DNA of 51,217 nt from an uncultured delta proteobacterium (GTDB lineage Bacteria > Desulfobacterota > Desulfobacteria > Desulfobacterales > Desulfosalsimonadaceae), in assembly GCA_963826785.1 (NCBI GenBank), contig CAWGYD010000007.1:1-51217 (forward strand). Direction: 5' to 3'. Below, piece after piece: positions 12,384-22,777 of this stretch. Position 1 is the first letter of the stretch; the number at the start of each line of letters is the position of its first letter. The position numbers and the translations under genes were made by a program. A model generated the notes under the pieces. That model was not told the origin of the DNA. It did no database searches and saw only the letters and a list, made by a program, of their open reading frames with translations.

Positions 12384-12404
12384 ATCGTTTTCATCCTTAT
12401 AATT

Positions 12405-13493
12405 TTACGCGATGGTCTTTTCGTTTCGCTGCAAATCGCCTGTACACGTCAGGCCGGCGGCATCCACCTTCACCTCCAGCAGGCAAGCCGCATCATGACA
12501 GGAGATCACTGCGCCCCACTGGTCTTTCAAACGGGCGACGGTGTCCGGCTCACCCAGTGCCCAGACGCATCCGCCGCCGCCGGCGCCGGTGAAGCGGATT
12601 CCGCAGCTCAGATGGTATGCCGCATCCGCCAGCTTTTTACCGATAGGGTCGAAAACATCCGGCGTCAATTCCAGGCGAACGGCGGTTTCGAGATTCATCA
12701 GCCGGGCCGCCTCATTATACTCCTTTTTTGAAAAGGCGCTGACAAACAAATGGGTGTAGCGGGCGATATCCGTCCACTGGGAATGAAACGCGCCGGACAA
12801 AAACTGCCGGATCCATCGACCATTGATATCGCTGGACTCATGGGGCGCCCCGCAATAGGCCACCAGAATACGGGAATTGACATCCCGGCAAACCGAATGA
12901 TCCCCGATGGCCTGTCGGGCAAATGGGGTATCCCCCGGAACCCCTCTCCAGAACCAGGCATTGATCCCGCCGTAAAAAGCGGCCAGCTGGTCCTGTATGC
13001 CGCAGGGGACCCCGGCGGTACTCTCCTCGATGGCATGGGCCAGCAGTGGAATCCGCTCATAGGGCATCACGGCCCGGCCTGAATTTTTCAGGAGTTCATG
13101 ATAGGCTCCGATCAGGGCCACGGCTGCGGACGAAGATCCGCCCAGGGCGCTTCGGGGCGGGGAAGTCGATTCGATATCGATATGAAGGCCGTCTACTTGA
13201 AAATACGCGGCCACAGCAGACATCAGGCCGAGGGGATGGTCAAAGGAAACCGAATCCAGGCAAAACCGGATTTCATCAAATCCTTTGGAGGTAATCTTGA
13301 CGAACCCTTCGTCAAATGGACGCAAGCACACCTTCGTCCGCATGTCGATGGCGATATTGAATGTGCAGGGATTCAGATGGGCAAGCGGGTAGTAGAAGGT
13401 GCTGATATCCAGAGTCCCCCCCATGTCCAGGCGGCAGGGGACGCTGGTCTCGATGCCCCTTGATTCCAGTATCTTGCTTGCAGACAATCGCAT
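12405..13493 (-). CDS. GHMP-family kinase (heptose-7-phosphate kinase/galactokinase-like)
   Basis: Motifs PCRLDMGGTLD, PPRSALGGSSS ATP loop, CGIQDQLAA and RFTGAGGGGC. Confidence 0.88.
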   Translation of the reverse strand: MRLSASKILESRGIETSVPCRLDMGGTLDISTFYYPLAHLNPCTFNIAIDMRTKVCLRPFDEGFVKITSKGFDEIRFCLDSVSFDHPLGLMSAVAAYFQVDGLHIDIESTSPPRSALGGSSSAAVALIGAYHELLKNSGRAVMPYERIPLLAHAIEESTAGVPCGIQDQLAAFYGGINAWFWRGVPGDTPFARQAIGDHSVCRDVNSRILVAYCGAPHESSDINGRWIRQFLSGAFHSQWTDIARYTHLFVSAFSKKEYNEAARLMNLETAVRLELTPDVFDPIGKKLADAAYHLSCGIRFTGAGGGGCVWALGEPDTVARLKDQWGAVISCHDAACLLEVKVDAAGLTCTGDLQRNEKTIA

Positions 13494-13507
13494 ATGATCA
13501 AACCCAT

Positions 13508-14293
13508 CTATCGGTTGGCCGCATGGCCCTGTGACCGCAATTCCCTCAAAAATTTAAGACTTCTGGGCTCCCGGCCCAGGTGGTAGGGGATAAAGGCCTC
13601 CACCAGCTTCAACGACTCGGAAACCGCTGCACGGCTGAACTTGAGTCGTGCGATACATGTCAGTTCACTGTCCCGGGCCCACAGCAGCTGCTTGAGGGTT
13701 CCCCGGGACAGGACAAATTGGCCTAAACGGGATGTCGAACATCCTTGGCACAGGATGCTCCCCTTTTCAAGATCAAAAAAAAACCGGTCGGTGTTTATAT
13801 TTTCAACTTCAATCCGGCATGCCGCACATTGGGCGAAATTCGGGAACAGGCCGGCAAGCAGAAGAAATCGGATCTGAAAAATGATGCTGACGGTCTCATT
13901 TTCCATGAGATCGGCATCAAGCGCTTTCAGGCAGAAACGAAACAGCTGAAAAACAAGCGGCTGGGCCTGTTTTTCTTCCAGCCAGATGTTTAAAATTTCC
14001 GCCCAGTAGCTGGCATATGCCATTTTATGCACATTTCCCCGTATGTTTGAAAACGGATGCTGCAGGGAGGCTTCCAAAAGCACCGGCAGCCCCCCTCTCT
14101 TAGGGGATTTCAATACGATCTGGACCAATGAAAACAGTTCCAGAATACCGGCAAACCGTTTGCGGCTCTTCTTGGCATTCTTGGCAATCACGGTGGTCTT
14201 GCCCTGGGTCAGACTGAAAAAAGTGATGATCAGGTCGAAATCCCCGTGGTCAATTCGCCGGATCAGGATGGCGGGTGTGGAAAAACCGGGCAT
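13508..14293 (-). CDS. recO: DNA repair protein RecO
   Basis: N-terminal OB fold (DLIITFFS...GKTTVIAKNAKKSRKRF), Zn motif CAAC...CQGC and C-terminal HLGREPRSLKFL. The recO-glyQS neighbourhood is a known arrangement. Confidence 0.95.
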   Translation of the reverse strand: MPGFSTPAILIRRIDHGDFDLIITFFSLTQGKTTVIAKNAKKSRKRFAGILELFSLVQIVLKSPKRGGLPVLLEASLQHPFSNIRGNVHKMAYASYWAEILNIWLEEKQAQPLVFQLFRFCLKALDADLMENETVSIIFQIRFLLLAGLFPNFAQCAACRIEVENINTDRFFFDLEKGSILCQGCSTSRLGQFVLSRGTLKQLLWARDSELTCIARLKFSRAAVSESLKLVEAFIPYHLGREPRSLKFLRELRSQGHAANR

Positions 14294-14366
14294 GGGGTCA
14301 TATCATCAGGATGGCAATGTGCAACAATTAAAAGGGTACAAGACAGGCAAAGGTTCCATGAGGACC

Positions 14367-15086
14367 TCACTTCTGGCTGGATGAAGGGACCGGCAGTTCG
14401 ATATTGACCACTTCCCCGCTTGTCCCGGGGACAGCCACCGGTTCATCATTTAACCGCATGTTCAACCCGCCTGCATTTCCGATGAGCATGTTGATCCGCG
14501 ACCGGGCTTCCAACTCGATATGGTCACCTGGATTCAAAAGATAATCCAGCGCTTCTTCCCCGTCGATATTGACTTTGATCCAGGTCTTTTCCACTGCATC
14601 GATCTGAAGCATCCAGGGCCCCTGCTGCCGGATAGCAGGCGGCATTGGATCAGATGCCGGCGTGTTCCCGGTGTGAGCCGGGTGAGGCGGGGCCGGCAGC
14701 GGCTGATATTTCCAGACGCCGTATATTGCACAGGACATTACCAGGATCGCCCCGAGGGCCAAAAGCCATACCCGGGCACCTTTAAGTCCCATAAAACCGG
14801 AACCGGCCCGGGACCTGGAGTTCTCATCAGATTCAAACCGGTTGAGCAGGTACCGCTCGACAATATCATCGCCATCGACACCGATGCAGCGGGCATATGC
14901 CCGAAGAATTCCCTTGACGTAAATTTCATCCGGCAGCCGGGAATGGTCTTCGCTCTCGATGAGCGTCAGCTGCCCCACGCCGACCCTGATCTCCCGGGCG
15001 ACCGATTCCAGGTCAATGCCTCTTTGAATGCGAATCGCCCTTAAGTATCGGCCAAATGAAGATGAACACGGTGCCGGATTCATCAA
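14367..15086 (-). CDS. rodZ: RodZ-like protein (HTH, transmembrane helix, DUF4115-like C-terminus)
   Basis: FGRYLRAIR...IYVKGILRAYARCIG, one TM helix, and C-terminal EKTWIKVNIDG...IGNAGGLNMRLND. Confidence 0.85.
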   Translation of the reverse strand: MMNPAPCSSSFGRYLRAIRIQRGIDLESVAREIRVGVGQLTLIESEDHSRLPDEIYVKGILRAYARCIGVDGDDIVERYLLNRFESDENSRSRAGSGFMGLKGARVWLLALGAILVMSCAIYGVWKYQPLPAPPHPAHTGNTPASDPMPPAIRQQGPWMLQIDAVEKTWIKVNIDGEEALDYLLNPGDHIELEARSRINMLIGNAGGLNMRLNDEPVAVPGTSGEVVNIELPVPSSSQK

Positions 15087-15098
15087 TACGCTCTTTTG

Positions 15099-16095
15099 TT
15101 ATAAAATGATCTGAATGTGTGCGTTCTCCCGGAGATTTTGGATCCACTCCTGAAATTTGGCATTGACTTCCTGTTCATAGAGTTTCTGTTCGATTTCATC
15201 AGTGACATCCAAAAGCGGTTTGCCGTCGGTCTGGACGATTTCCTCCACATAAAAGATCTGAAATCCCTGGTCCGTTTCGATCACGGCGGAAAAGTCACCG
15301 GGCTGCATTTGGCTGACCGCATCCCGTATGATCTCGGACAGGTCATCCAGCGCAAACAGGCCGAGTTCGCCCCCCTCCTTGGCATTAAATGCCTCGGAAT
15401 GGGCACGGGCCAGATCTTTGAAGGACTGGCCCGCTTCAAGCTGATCCCGGATGGCTTCCATCTTTTGTTTTGTTTCCGCTTTGACCTGCTCATCGGCATA
15501 CGGGGGGAGTTCCATGATGATGTTGCACAGCCGGTATTTTTTTTTGCCGGAATAAATCTCCGGATGGTCATTGTAATAGGACTGAACGTCGGATTGGGTG
15601 ATGATGATATTGGATTTCACACGCATGTTGACCAGCTTGTTGCGCATGATCTGTTTTTTTAACTCCTTTCGGTACTCTTCCAGACTCATTCCACTGGCGG
15701 TCAGAGCTTGCCGCAACTGTTCATCGGTGTAGTAATTCATCGACTTCACCCGTTCAACGGCCTCATCCACCTCCGCGTCGCCGACGATGATGCCGGATTC
15801 CCGAATTTCCTGATCGGTCAGTGCATCATCGATCAAATTGTTGAGCATCTCTTTTCGGGCTTCAAAGAGGGCCTTTTCTTCTTCCTGAGGGGATAAATGC
15901 CGGGCGCGGATTTCCTTCTCAAAAGGGCGTCATGGCCTTGTTTAACTCCACCAGCCGGATAATGTTGTCGTTGACCACGGCCACGATCCGATCCACCGTT
16001 TCTGCGGAATGGGCGGCAGATACCGTCAATCCGATCGCCAGAAGTCCGGCAAGGCCCCAAACTCCGATCCTGCGCGCTGCTGCGTATATAATCAT
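15099..16095 (-). CDS. surA: SurA-like parvulin PPIase/chaperone, split by one +1 frameshift at 15921-15924
   Basis: The ATG 16095 frame gives a signal peptide plus ETVDRIVAVVNDNII...MTPF*. Removing one T from CCC-TTTT-GAG joins it to PFEKEIRAR...EMLNNLID and the parvulin domain (SFKDLARAHSE...GGELG...TDQGFQI). Confidence 0.88.
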
Positions 16096-16150
16096 TTTAT
16101 ATCCATCCTTGTGACTTTGGAAAACTTCCCGATTTTACTTCAAAAAACTT

Positions 16151-19100
16151 TTAGTGGTTAACATGTTCACCGATCTGGATCAAGATATTTTTGGACTGGG
16201 CTAAAATCGCGCCCCATCTACCCGCTTTTAACCGGACCCGGAGGGTTTCGTCCGCCGTGAACTGGAAATCAGAGGGAGAAGATGCCACCAGGTCCAGAAT
16301 TTTAAAGGGGTGTTTTTGGTGCATTTGCGAAAATGTCAGATACATCAGGTTCTCGTTCAAATCGAGCTTCTTCACGCCCGCCTTTATGGCAAGGATCCGC
16401 AGCATGATTTTTAACAGCAGGTTTTTGGCTTCCTCCGGCGGTTCGCCATACCGGTCGGTGAGTTCGGACTTGAAATCGGCCGCTTCCTTCAATTCCGTCA
16501 TCTTTGACAGGCGCCGGTATGCCAGCATCCGCTGATCGATGTCCGGGATGTAAGATTCGGGGATGAAAACAGACAGGGGCACATTGATTTCAGGCTCGAG
16601 TTTTTCCACCACGGTTTCGCCCTTCATGCGCGACACCGCATCGGAGAGGAGCCTTAAAAACATGTCGTAGCCCACGGCCGCGATTTTTCCGGACTGGGCA
16701 ACCCCCAGGGCGGCGCCGCCGCCCCGGATCTTGAGGTCATTCATGGCAATCTGGAATCCGGCGCCGAGATCGGTATGCTCCATCAGCACCTTCAGCCGTT
16801 TGTAGGCGTCTTTGGACAGGGCAGCCTCTTTGGGGACAAACAGGTAGGCATACGCCTGCTCGTCTGAGCGGCCCACCCGGCCGCGCAGCTGGTAAATCTG
16901 GGCCAGTCCGAAGCGGTCCGCCCGGTTGATGATCATGGTATTGGCATTGGGAATGTCCAGGCCGGACTCGATGATGGTGGTGCAGACCAGCATGTCGATT
17001 TCGTTGTTTAGGAACTTGAACATGACCTCTTCGAGTTCATTTTCGCTCAGCCGTCCATGGGCGACGCCCAGGCGGACTTCGGGGACCAGGTCCTGGAGAT
17101 GCCGGGCCATGTTCCAGATGGTGTGGATATTGTTGTGAACGAAAAAAATCTGGCCGCCCCGGGCGATTTCCTTGCGTATGGCTTCCGTGATCACCGCAGG
17201 ATCGAACTCGGAAATATAGGAGATGATGGAGCGCCTGAATTCGGGTGGGGTCTGAATGACGCTGATATCCCTCACCCCCAGCAGGGACATGTGCAGGGTT
17301 CGGGGAATGGGAGTGGCGGTCATGGACAGAACGTCCACGGAACTTCGCATCCTTTTCAGCTTCTCCTTGTGCTTCACCCCGAACCGCTGTTCTTCATCGA
17401 TGACGATCAGACCCAGGTCTTTGAATGCAATATCCTTCTGCAGCAGGCGATGGGTCCCGATCACGATATCCGACCTTCCGGTTTTCATCCGCTCCAGGAT
17501 ATCGCGCTGTTCTTTCCGGCTGCGAAACCGGCTCAGGCAGTCGATGATAATGGGATACCGGGAAAACCGTTCGGCAAAGGTCTTGCCGTGCTGTTCCGCC
17601 AGGATGGTGGTGGGCACCAGGACGGCGACCTGCTTGCCTTCACTGACAGCCTTGAAGGCGGCGCGGATGGAGACCTCGGTCTTGCCGTACCCCACATCTC
17701 CGCAGATCAGCCGATCCATGGGGATTTCGCTTTCCATGTCTTCGTTGACATCGCCAATGGCATTGAGCTGGTCCGGAGTTTCCTCATAGGGGAACCCGGC
17801 CTCGAAATCGGCGTAATTGCGATCCGCTGGTGAGAACCGGTGGCCGGGCATGACTTTCCGGGCCGCATAGAGATCCAGCAGTTCCCCGGCAATTTTTTCC
17901 ACCGACTGCTCTGTTTTGGCTTTGACCTTCTGCCAACTCTTGCCGCCCATTTTATCGATAACCGGCTCGATGCCGTCGATCCCCAGGTATTTCTGAACCA
18001 TCCCAAGCCGGTCCACCGGTATGTAGAGCTTGTCTCCGCCCTGATACTCGATCAGGAGATAATCATTTACCGCCCGTTCGATGGACAGCTTTTCAAGACC
18101 GCGGTACACACCGATACCATGCTCGGTGTGTACCACCAGATCCCCGGCATTGAGCTCTCCAAAATCGATGAAATCCGTATGTACATCAAATTTTCGTTTC
18201 CGGGTTCTGCGGGGATGGGATTTTGCGCCGAAAATCTCTTTTTCGACGATAAGCGCAAACCGTTCTTCCTCCCAGACGAATCCTGCGGAAAGGGTGCCAA
18301 GGCTGATCACCGCTTCGGGGCGGCGCCTGATGCGGGGAAAGGGAGACTCGGTGATCCGGGCATCGATATCATAGGGCACCAGCAGGGATTTCAGCCGATC
18401 CGCCTGGCTCCTGGTGCCGCAGACCATGACCGTCAACAGCCCCGTGCTCTGCATTTTGGTGATCCAGTCCGCCAGCGGTCGAAGCACCTCCTCATGTTTT
18501 TTGTCGCCCAGCAGCTTTGCCGACACTTCCGCATTGTCTTTGACATCGAAAGATATCCGCACCGCGTCTTTATCGCCCGGAGCGGCGAGGGCAAGCGGTT
18601 TGAAAACCAGACGGGCACGGCGGGACAGTTCCGCTTGTGCGGTCGCCCAATTGATGTACAATTTTTCCGGGTTCACACAGATCCGGTTTTCATCGCATGC
18701 GGTCAGGTAATTGCGGGATGACTGATTCTCCTTTTCCAGAGCGGCTTTTTCCATTTCGCCGGGGTTGACCGTTGTCCACAGGGTCGCATCCGGCACATAA
18801 TCAAAAAGGGAATCGGTTTGTTCGTAAATCAAGGGAAGCAGACTCTCGATTCCCGGGAAATTCCCCTGCTGAGAGATCTGATCGATCATCTCTTCCGACT
18901 GCTTCCGGGTGAGGCCGAATTGATCACCGTATTCACGGATCCTCGAAATCGCTGCGACCAGTCCGGCCCGGCCCAGAACCGCTTCCTTTGCAGGAAGGAT
19001 AATGGCTTCATCGGCATGCTGGAGTTTTCGCTGGGTTTCGGCGGAGAAAAAACGGATCGATTCCACCATGTCGCCGAACAATTCCACCCGGACCGGATCC

Positions 19101-19684
19101 GCATACATGGGGCTGAAAATATCCATGATGCCGCCCCGGATTGAATATTCGCCGGGCTCTTCCACCAGGGAGACCTGTGTGTATCCGCCGGCCTGGAGTT
19201 TTTCAATGAGGCCGTCCCGATCGACTTCTTCGTTGATCATCAGGAGCTCGGCATAATCCGTCAAAACCGATTTGGGGATCAGCCGCTGCAGCAGTGTTTC
19301 AACAGGCGTGAGCACAATGAGGGGGCGGCTGCCAAGGGCCATTTGATACAGGATGCGCAGCCGGCGGGCGGCGGTTTCGCTGTGATAGGAAAGCCGCTTG
19401 AAAGGCAGGACGTTATACGGCGGGAAAATCACCGCCTCGACCATATCCGGTCCCGTGAAGAAACTCAGATCTTCGGCCAGTTTCTCACAATCCGCCATGG
19501 CAGGAAGCACCACGGTAAATGATCGTTCCAGGTGCCGGATGCCATAGGAGAGCAGATAAGCGCCCTGCGCATTTTCGATGCCTTCACATATGCAACGGGA
19601 ATGCGGCTCGGTTAAAGCTTGAATAACCGACAGGATTTTCTTGTCGGCTGGAAATATGGCATTATTATCTTTCATATATTTCAT
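16151..19684 (-). CDS. mfd: Transcription-repair coupling factor
   Basis: UvrB-homology segment (PGEYSIRGGIMDIF), RID (GDLVVHTEHGIG), CGDVGYGKTEV, DEEQRFGV, QLRGRVGRS and C-terminal TRCF domain. Confidence 0.98.
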   Translation of the reverse strand: MKYMKDNNAIFPADKKILSVIQALTEPHSRCICEGIENAQGAYLLSYGIRHLERSFTVVLPAMADCEKLAEDLSFFTGPDMVEAVIFPPYNVLPFKRLSYHSETAARRLRILYQMALGSRPLIVLTPVETLLQRLIPKSVLTDYAELLMINEEVDRDGLIEKLQAGGYTQVSLVEEPGEYSIRGGIMDIFSPMYADPVRVELFGDMVESIRFFSAETQRKLQHADEAIILPAKEAVLGRAGLVAAISRIREYGDQFGLTRKQSEEMIDQISQQGNFPGIESLLPLIYEQTDSLFDYVPDATLWTTVNPGEMEKAALEKENQSSRNYLTACDENRICVNPEKLYINWATAQAELSRRARLVFKPLALAAPGDKDAVRISFDVKDNAEVSAKLLGDKKHEEVLRPLADWITKMQSTGLLTVMVCGTRSQADRLKSLLVPYDIDARITESPFPRIRRRPEAVISLGTLSAGFVWEEERFALIVEKEIFGAKSHPRRTRKRKFDVHTDFIDFGELNAGDLVVHTEHGIGVYRGLEKLSIERAVNDYLLIEYQGGDKLYIPVDRLGMVQKYLGIDGIEPVIDKMGGKSWQKVKAKTEQSVEKIAGELLDLYAARKVMPGHRFSPADRNYADFEAGFPYEETPDQLNAIGDVNEDMESEIPMDRLICGDVGYGKTEVSIRAAFKAVSEGKQVAVLVPTTILAEQHGKTFAERFSRYPIIIDCLSRFRSRKEQRDILERMKTGRSDIVIGTHRLLQKDIAFKDLGLIVIDEEQRFGVKHKEKLKRMRSSVDVLSMTATPIPRTLHMSLLGVRDISVIQTPPEFRRSIISYISEFDPAVITEAIRKEIARGGQIFFVHNNIHTIWNMARHLQDLVPEVRLGVAHGRLSENELEEVMFKFLNNEIDMLVCTTIIESGLDIPNANTMIINRADRFGLAQIYQLRGRVGRSDEQAYAYLFVPKEAALSKDAYKRLKVLMEHTDLGAGFQIAMNDLKIRGGGAALGVAQSGKIAAVGYDMFLRLLSDAVSRMKGETVVEKLEPEINVPLSVFIPESYIPDIDQRMLAYRRLSKMTELKEAADFKSELTDRYGEPPEEAKNLLLKIMLRILAIKAGVKKLDLNENLMYLTFSQMHQKHPFKILDLVASSPSDFQFTADETLRVRLKAGRWGAILAQSKNILIQIGEHVNH

Positions 19685-19839
19685 CTGTCATTGTGATTGG
19701 ACAAAGGTTGGGCAAAAAGTTGCGCTGTCCATCCACGCCGGGTTGCAGCGCACAAAGATATTTCAGGGCGAATTTGAACCAAAAAAGCGCTTGACCGCCT
19801 GATTTCACCATGTTAATGACGTTTGAGATTTTACGGTGC

Positions 19840-19915
19840 GCCGACGTAGCTCAGATGGTAGAGCAGCTGATTCGTAATCAGCAGGTCCGCGGTTCGATTC
19901 CGCGCGTCGGCTCCA
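19840..19915 (+). tRNA. tRNA-Thr (anticodon CGT)
   Basis: 76-nt cloverleaf: acceptor stem GCCGACG/CGTCGGC, anticodon arm GCTGA-TTCGTAA-TCAGC, T-loop GGTTCGATT and encoded CCA. Confidence 0.97.
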
Positions 19916-20011
19916 GGAAAAACCCCAATCTTTCAAGCCTTTCCAGCGATACGCCGACTCACCTTATTCTTCAAAATATGTCTCAGATTGTCCCCTGCCG
20001 GACATTTTTTA

Positions 20012-20031
20012 CGTACAAAACGCGTACAAAA
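20012..20031 (+). repeat. Tandem direct repeat CGTACAAAA x2 (11-bp period)
   Basis: CGTACAAAA at 20012-20020 and 20023-20031, about 100 bp downstream of the tRNA 3' end. Confidence 0.6.
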
Positions 20032-20242
20032 ATTTTTACGCACCTCAAACCCTTCATTAAATTGTTCAGGCTTTATGGCTCCCGGATTTAAAATTTGCCT
20101 GCAACATAAGGTCTTCCACTCTTAAAATCAATCCCCTTGATATTGCCCCCTCTATAAATTGACTGCCTGGGAAATCCTTTTTCGGTTATCCATTTTTCAG
20201 TTGGTAAAGCCCATGTACGGCAAAAAAGACATCTAAATGGCT

Positions 20243-21770
20243 TTAGACCGGCACGCGGCTGATTTTGATTTTGAGCTTTCGCATTTTTGCCCGCAGCGTG
20301 GACGGATTCATCCCTAAAAGTTCGGCGGCCCCTCCCCTTCCTTCGATCCGGCCATTGGCCAGATGCACGCTTTTTTTGATATGGAGGGTGATCATTTCCG
20401 CCATTGTCGGGAAATGATCCGGTTGCCTGAAAGATGCTTCACCCGGCAGATTGCCGGGGCATGCGGACAGGTCCGGAAAGTGAAGCGGTTCGCCCCTGCT
20501 GAGAATCAATGCCCGTTCGATGACATTCTGAAGCTCCCGCACATTTCCCGGCCAGTCATACGTTTTGAGCTGTTCCATGGCGTGGGGGGCAAATTCATGA
20601 GGATAGGGAAGATTCATATCGACAGACTGCCTCGAAGCAAAATATTCGGCAAACTCCGGGATGTCGTCTTTTCTTTCCCGCAAGGGGGGAATGCGGATGG
20701 GGAAAACATTGAGGCGATACCAGAGATCTTTTCGAAATCGCGCGTTTATCACCATGGTTTCAAGGTCCCGGTTGGTGGCCGAAACGATCCGGGTGTTGAC
20801 GGAGATGGTGCGTGTGCCCCCGACCCGGCGCAATTCCATGGACTGGAGGAATCTCAGCAGCTTGACCTGGGCCTGAACCGATAATTCACCGATCTCATCC
20901 ATGAAAACCGTCCCGCCGTCCGCCTGTTCGAAATACCCCCGCTTCATGCCGTCTGCGCCGGTAAAGGCCCCCTTTTCATATCCGAACAGTTCGCTTTCCA
21001 GCAGCGTTTCAGGTATGGCCCCGCAGTTAAAACTGACCAGAGGGCCTTTTGACCGCTTTGAGCGCAGGTGAATGGCATTTGCAATCACTTCCTTGCCCAC
21101 ACCGGTTTCACCCGACAGCAGGATCGGGATATCCAGTTCCGCCACCTGCTGAACACTGTGGATGACCTTCTTCAGGCCCGATTCCGCGCCGATGATCCGA
21201 TACCCCAGTCTTTTTTTGAGTTCCTGGTTTTCGGTGATCAGCCGTTCCCGCTGACTGGTGATTTCCAACTGCGACAGGATATGGCGGATACTTCCGGCAA
21301 CCGGTCCAAACATGTCTTTGATGAACCGGAGGTGTGTTTTCGTATATCGATTTTCTCCCCAGGCCACCAGTCCCGATGACGCCGAAGCGATTCTCATTGA
21401 TCTCGGTTCGGATGATCAGCGTCGAGGCATTTTCACGAATGGCGAAGTAATTGGACACATCAATGGTAATCGGATCGCGTGAGGTATTTGGAATGTTGCT
21501 GATCATCCTTGAACTGATTGCCAGCGCTGATTTGAATCCGGCATCGGAGAGTTTCACCTTCTCATCCACCAGCATCACGCCCTCATCGTTGACCATGGCC
21601 TTGTAATGCAGCCTGCCCTCATTCACATCGAAAATAGGAATATTAAGAAAATCCAGCGGGATATACTTTTTGAAAAAGTTATAGATCTTACTGATCGCAT
21701 TTTCAACGTCCGTACTGGTGATCATTTCAAGTGCGAATTCTTCAACGCGCTCGCTGGCGGGAGAAATCAT
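20243..21770 (-). CDS. Sigma54-dependent enhancer-binding protein (GAF-like, AAA+, HTH), split by one +1 frameshift at 21372-21374
   Basis: ATG 21770 (MISPASERVEE) after an AGGAGA RBS. Removing one G from ATC-GGG-ACT restores ...ENRFGVIGLVAWGENRY.... Motifs [39 protein letters not shown] and HTH GAAELLGMNPSTL. Confidence 0.9.
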
Positions 21771-21816
21771 ATCGCTTCTCCTTCGGGTATGGGGAAAGTG
21801 GATGGGGAAGAGTTGC

Positions 21817-21832
21817 CCGTCAAATATAACGG
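21817..21832. promoter_or_regulatory. Candidate upstream activator site for the bEBP
   Basis: Imperfect palindrome CCGTCAAATATAACGG about 95-110 bp upstream of the -24 box. It resembles the CGTCAATATATTGAC site at 37490. Confidence 0.4.
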
Positions 21833-21923
21833 TTCTTTCAATATTCATAAAGATATTTATTATATTTGGCGGTCCACGCCCTGCAAAAATATGTAACAAC
21901 TTAATTTTACAATTAATTATTTA

Positions 21924-21940
21924 ACGGCATGCCGATTGCA
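21924..21940 (+). promoter_or_regulatory. Sigma54 (-24/-12) promoter of the activator/dehydratase operon
   Basis: CGGCAT-GCCGA-TTGCA: GG at 21926-27 and GC at 21938-39 with exact N10 spacing, AT-rich upstream tract and a divergent bEBP. Confidence 0.8.
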
Positions 21941-21988
21941 TTAAATTTGGCGAATATCTATGCTTTTTATTCATTACGGAGGTTCCAC

Positions 21989-22756
21989 ATGCTCACAGTC
22001 GGATTGGATATTGGCTCGATCACCACGAAAATTGCCGTCATGGAAGACCGCAAACTGCTTTTTACGGATCTTTCCTTCACCGGTTATGATGCCGAAAGGG
22101 CGTGGAAGGACATTTTGGAAAAAACACGGGACCGTCTTCGGCTGAAAAACGGTTCAGTGGACCGGATTGTGTCCACCGGATACGGGCGGAACAATGTGGA
22201 TGTCGCACACAAAAAAATAACGGAAATCATGTGCCACGCTGCAGGTGCCCGGTATTTTCTCCCCAAGACGAAATGTGTCATCGATATCGGCGGACAGGAC
22301 AGCAAATTTATCCGGCTCGCAGAGAACGGCTCGGTTTCAGATTTCGTAATGAATGACAAATGCGCAGCCGGAACCGGCCGCTTTCTCGAAGTCATGGCAA
22401 GGGCTCTGGAACTCAACCTGGCGGATTTCGGAGAACTGTCGCTGATGTCAAAAAAACCATCAAAAATCAGCAGTATGTGTACGGTCTTTGCCGAATCGGA
22501 GATCATTTCGCTGATCTCCAAGGGCGAAACCCGGGAAAACATCATCGCGGGCATCCATGAGTCGATCGCCTCCCGCATGAGTTCCATGATGGGCCGTTCC
22601 GGTATTCTAAAACCAGTGGTCATGACCGGCGGGGTGGCAAAGAACATCGGCATCCGAAATGCCCTTGAAAAAAAGCTCAATTTAAAAATCGAAGTTCCGG
22701 CAACGGCCCAGGTCAACGGTGCCATCGGCGCGGCGATCCTCGCCCAAAACGAATAA
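21989..22756 (+). CDS. ATP-dependent CoA-substrate-specific enzyme activase (HgdC/HadI/BcrA-D ASKHA family)
   Basis: Motifs GLDIGSITTK, STGYGR, EIMCHA, DIGGQDSK, MNDKCAAGTGRFLE, SSMCTVFAESE and TGGVAKN. Start moved to ATG 21989 after a GGAGG RBS. Confidence 0.95.
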   Translation: MLTVGLDIGSITTKIAVMEDRKLLFTDLSFTGYDAERAWKDILEKTRDRLRLKNGSVDRIVSTGYGRNNVDVAHKKITEIMCHAAGARYFLPKTKCVIDIGGQDSKFIRLAENGSVSDFVMNDKCAAGTGRFLEVMARALELNLADFGELSLMSKKPSKISSMCTVFAESEIISLISKGETRENIIAGIHESIASRMSSMMGRSGILKPVVMTGGVAKNIGIRNALEKKLNLKIEVPATAQVNGAIGAAILAQNE

Positions 22757-22777
22757 GGGATTTGAAATCAAGGAGAG

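Noticed and set aside
15919..15921. TGA in surA as possible selenocysteine
   Set aside because: Homology continues in the +1 frame, not in frame, so this is a frameshift rather than UGA readthrough.
19810..20091. 93-aa ORF spanning tRNA-Thr
   Set aside because: It overlaps a perfect tRNA, has no RBS and has no recognisable protein motif.
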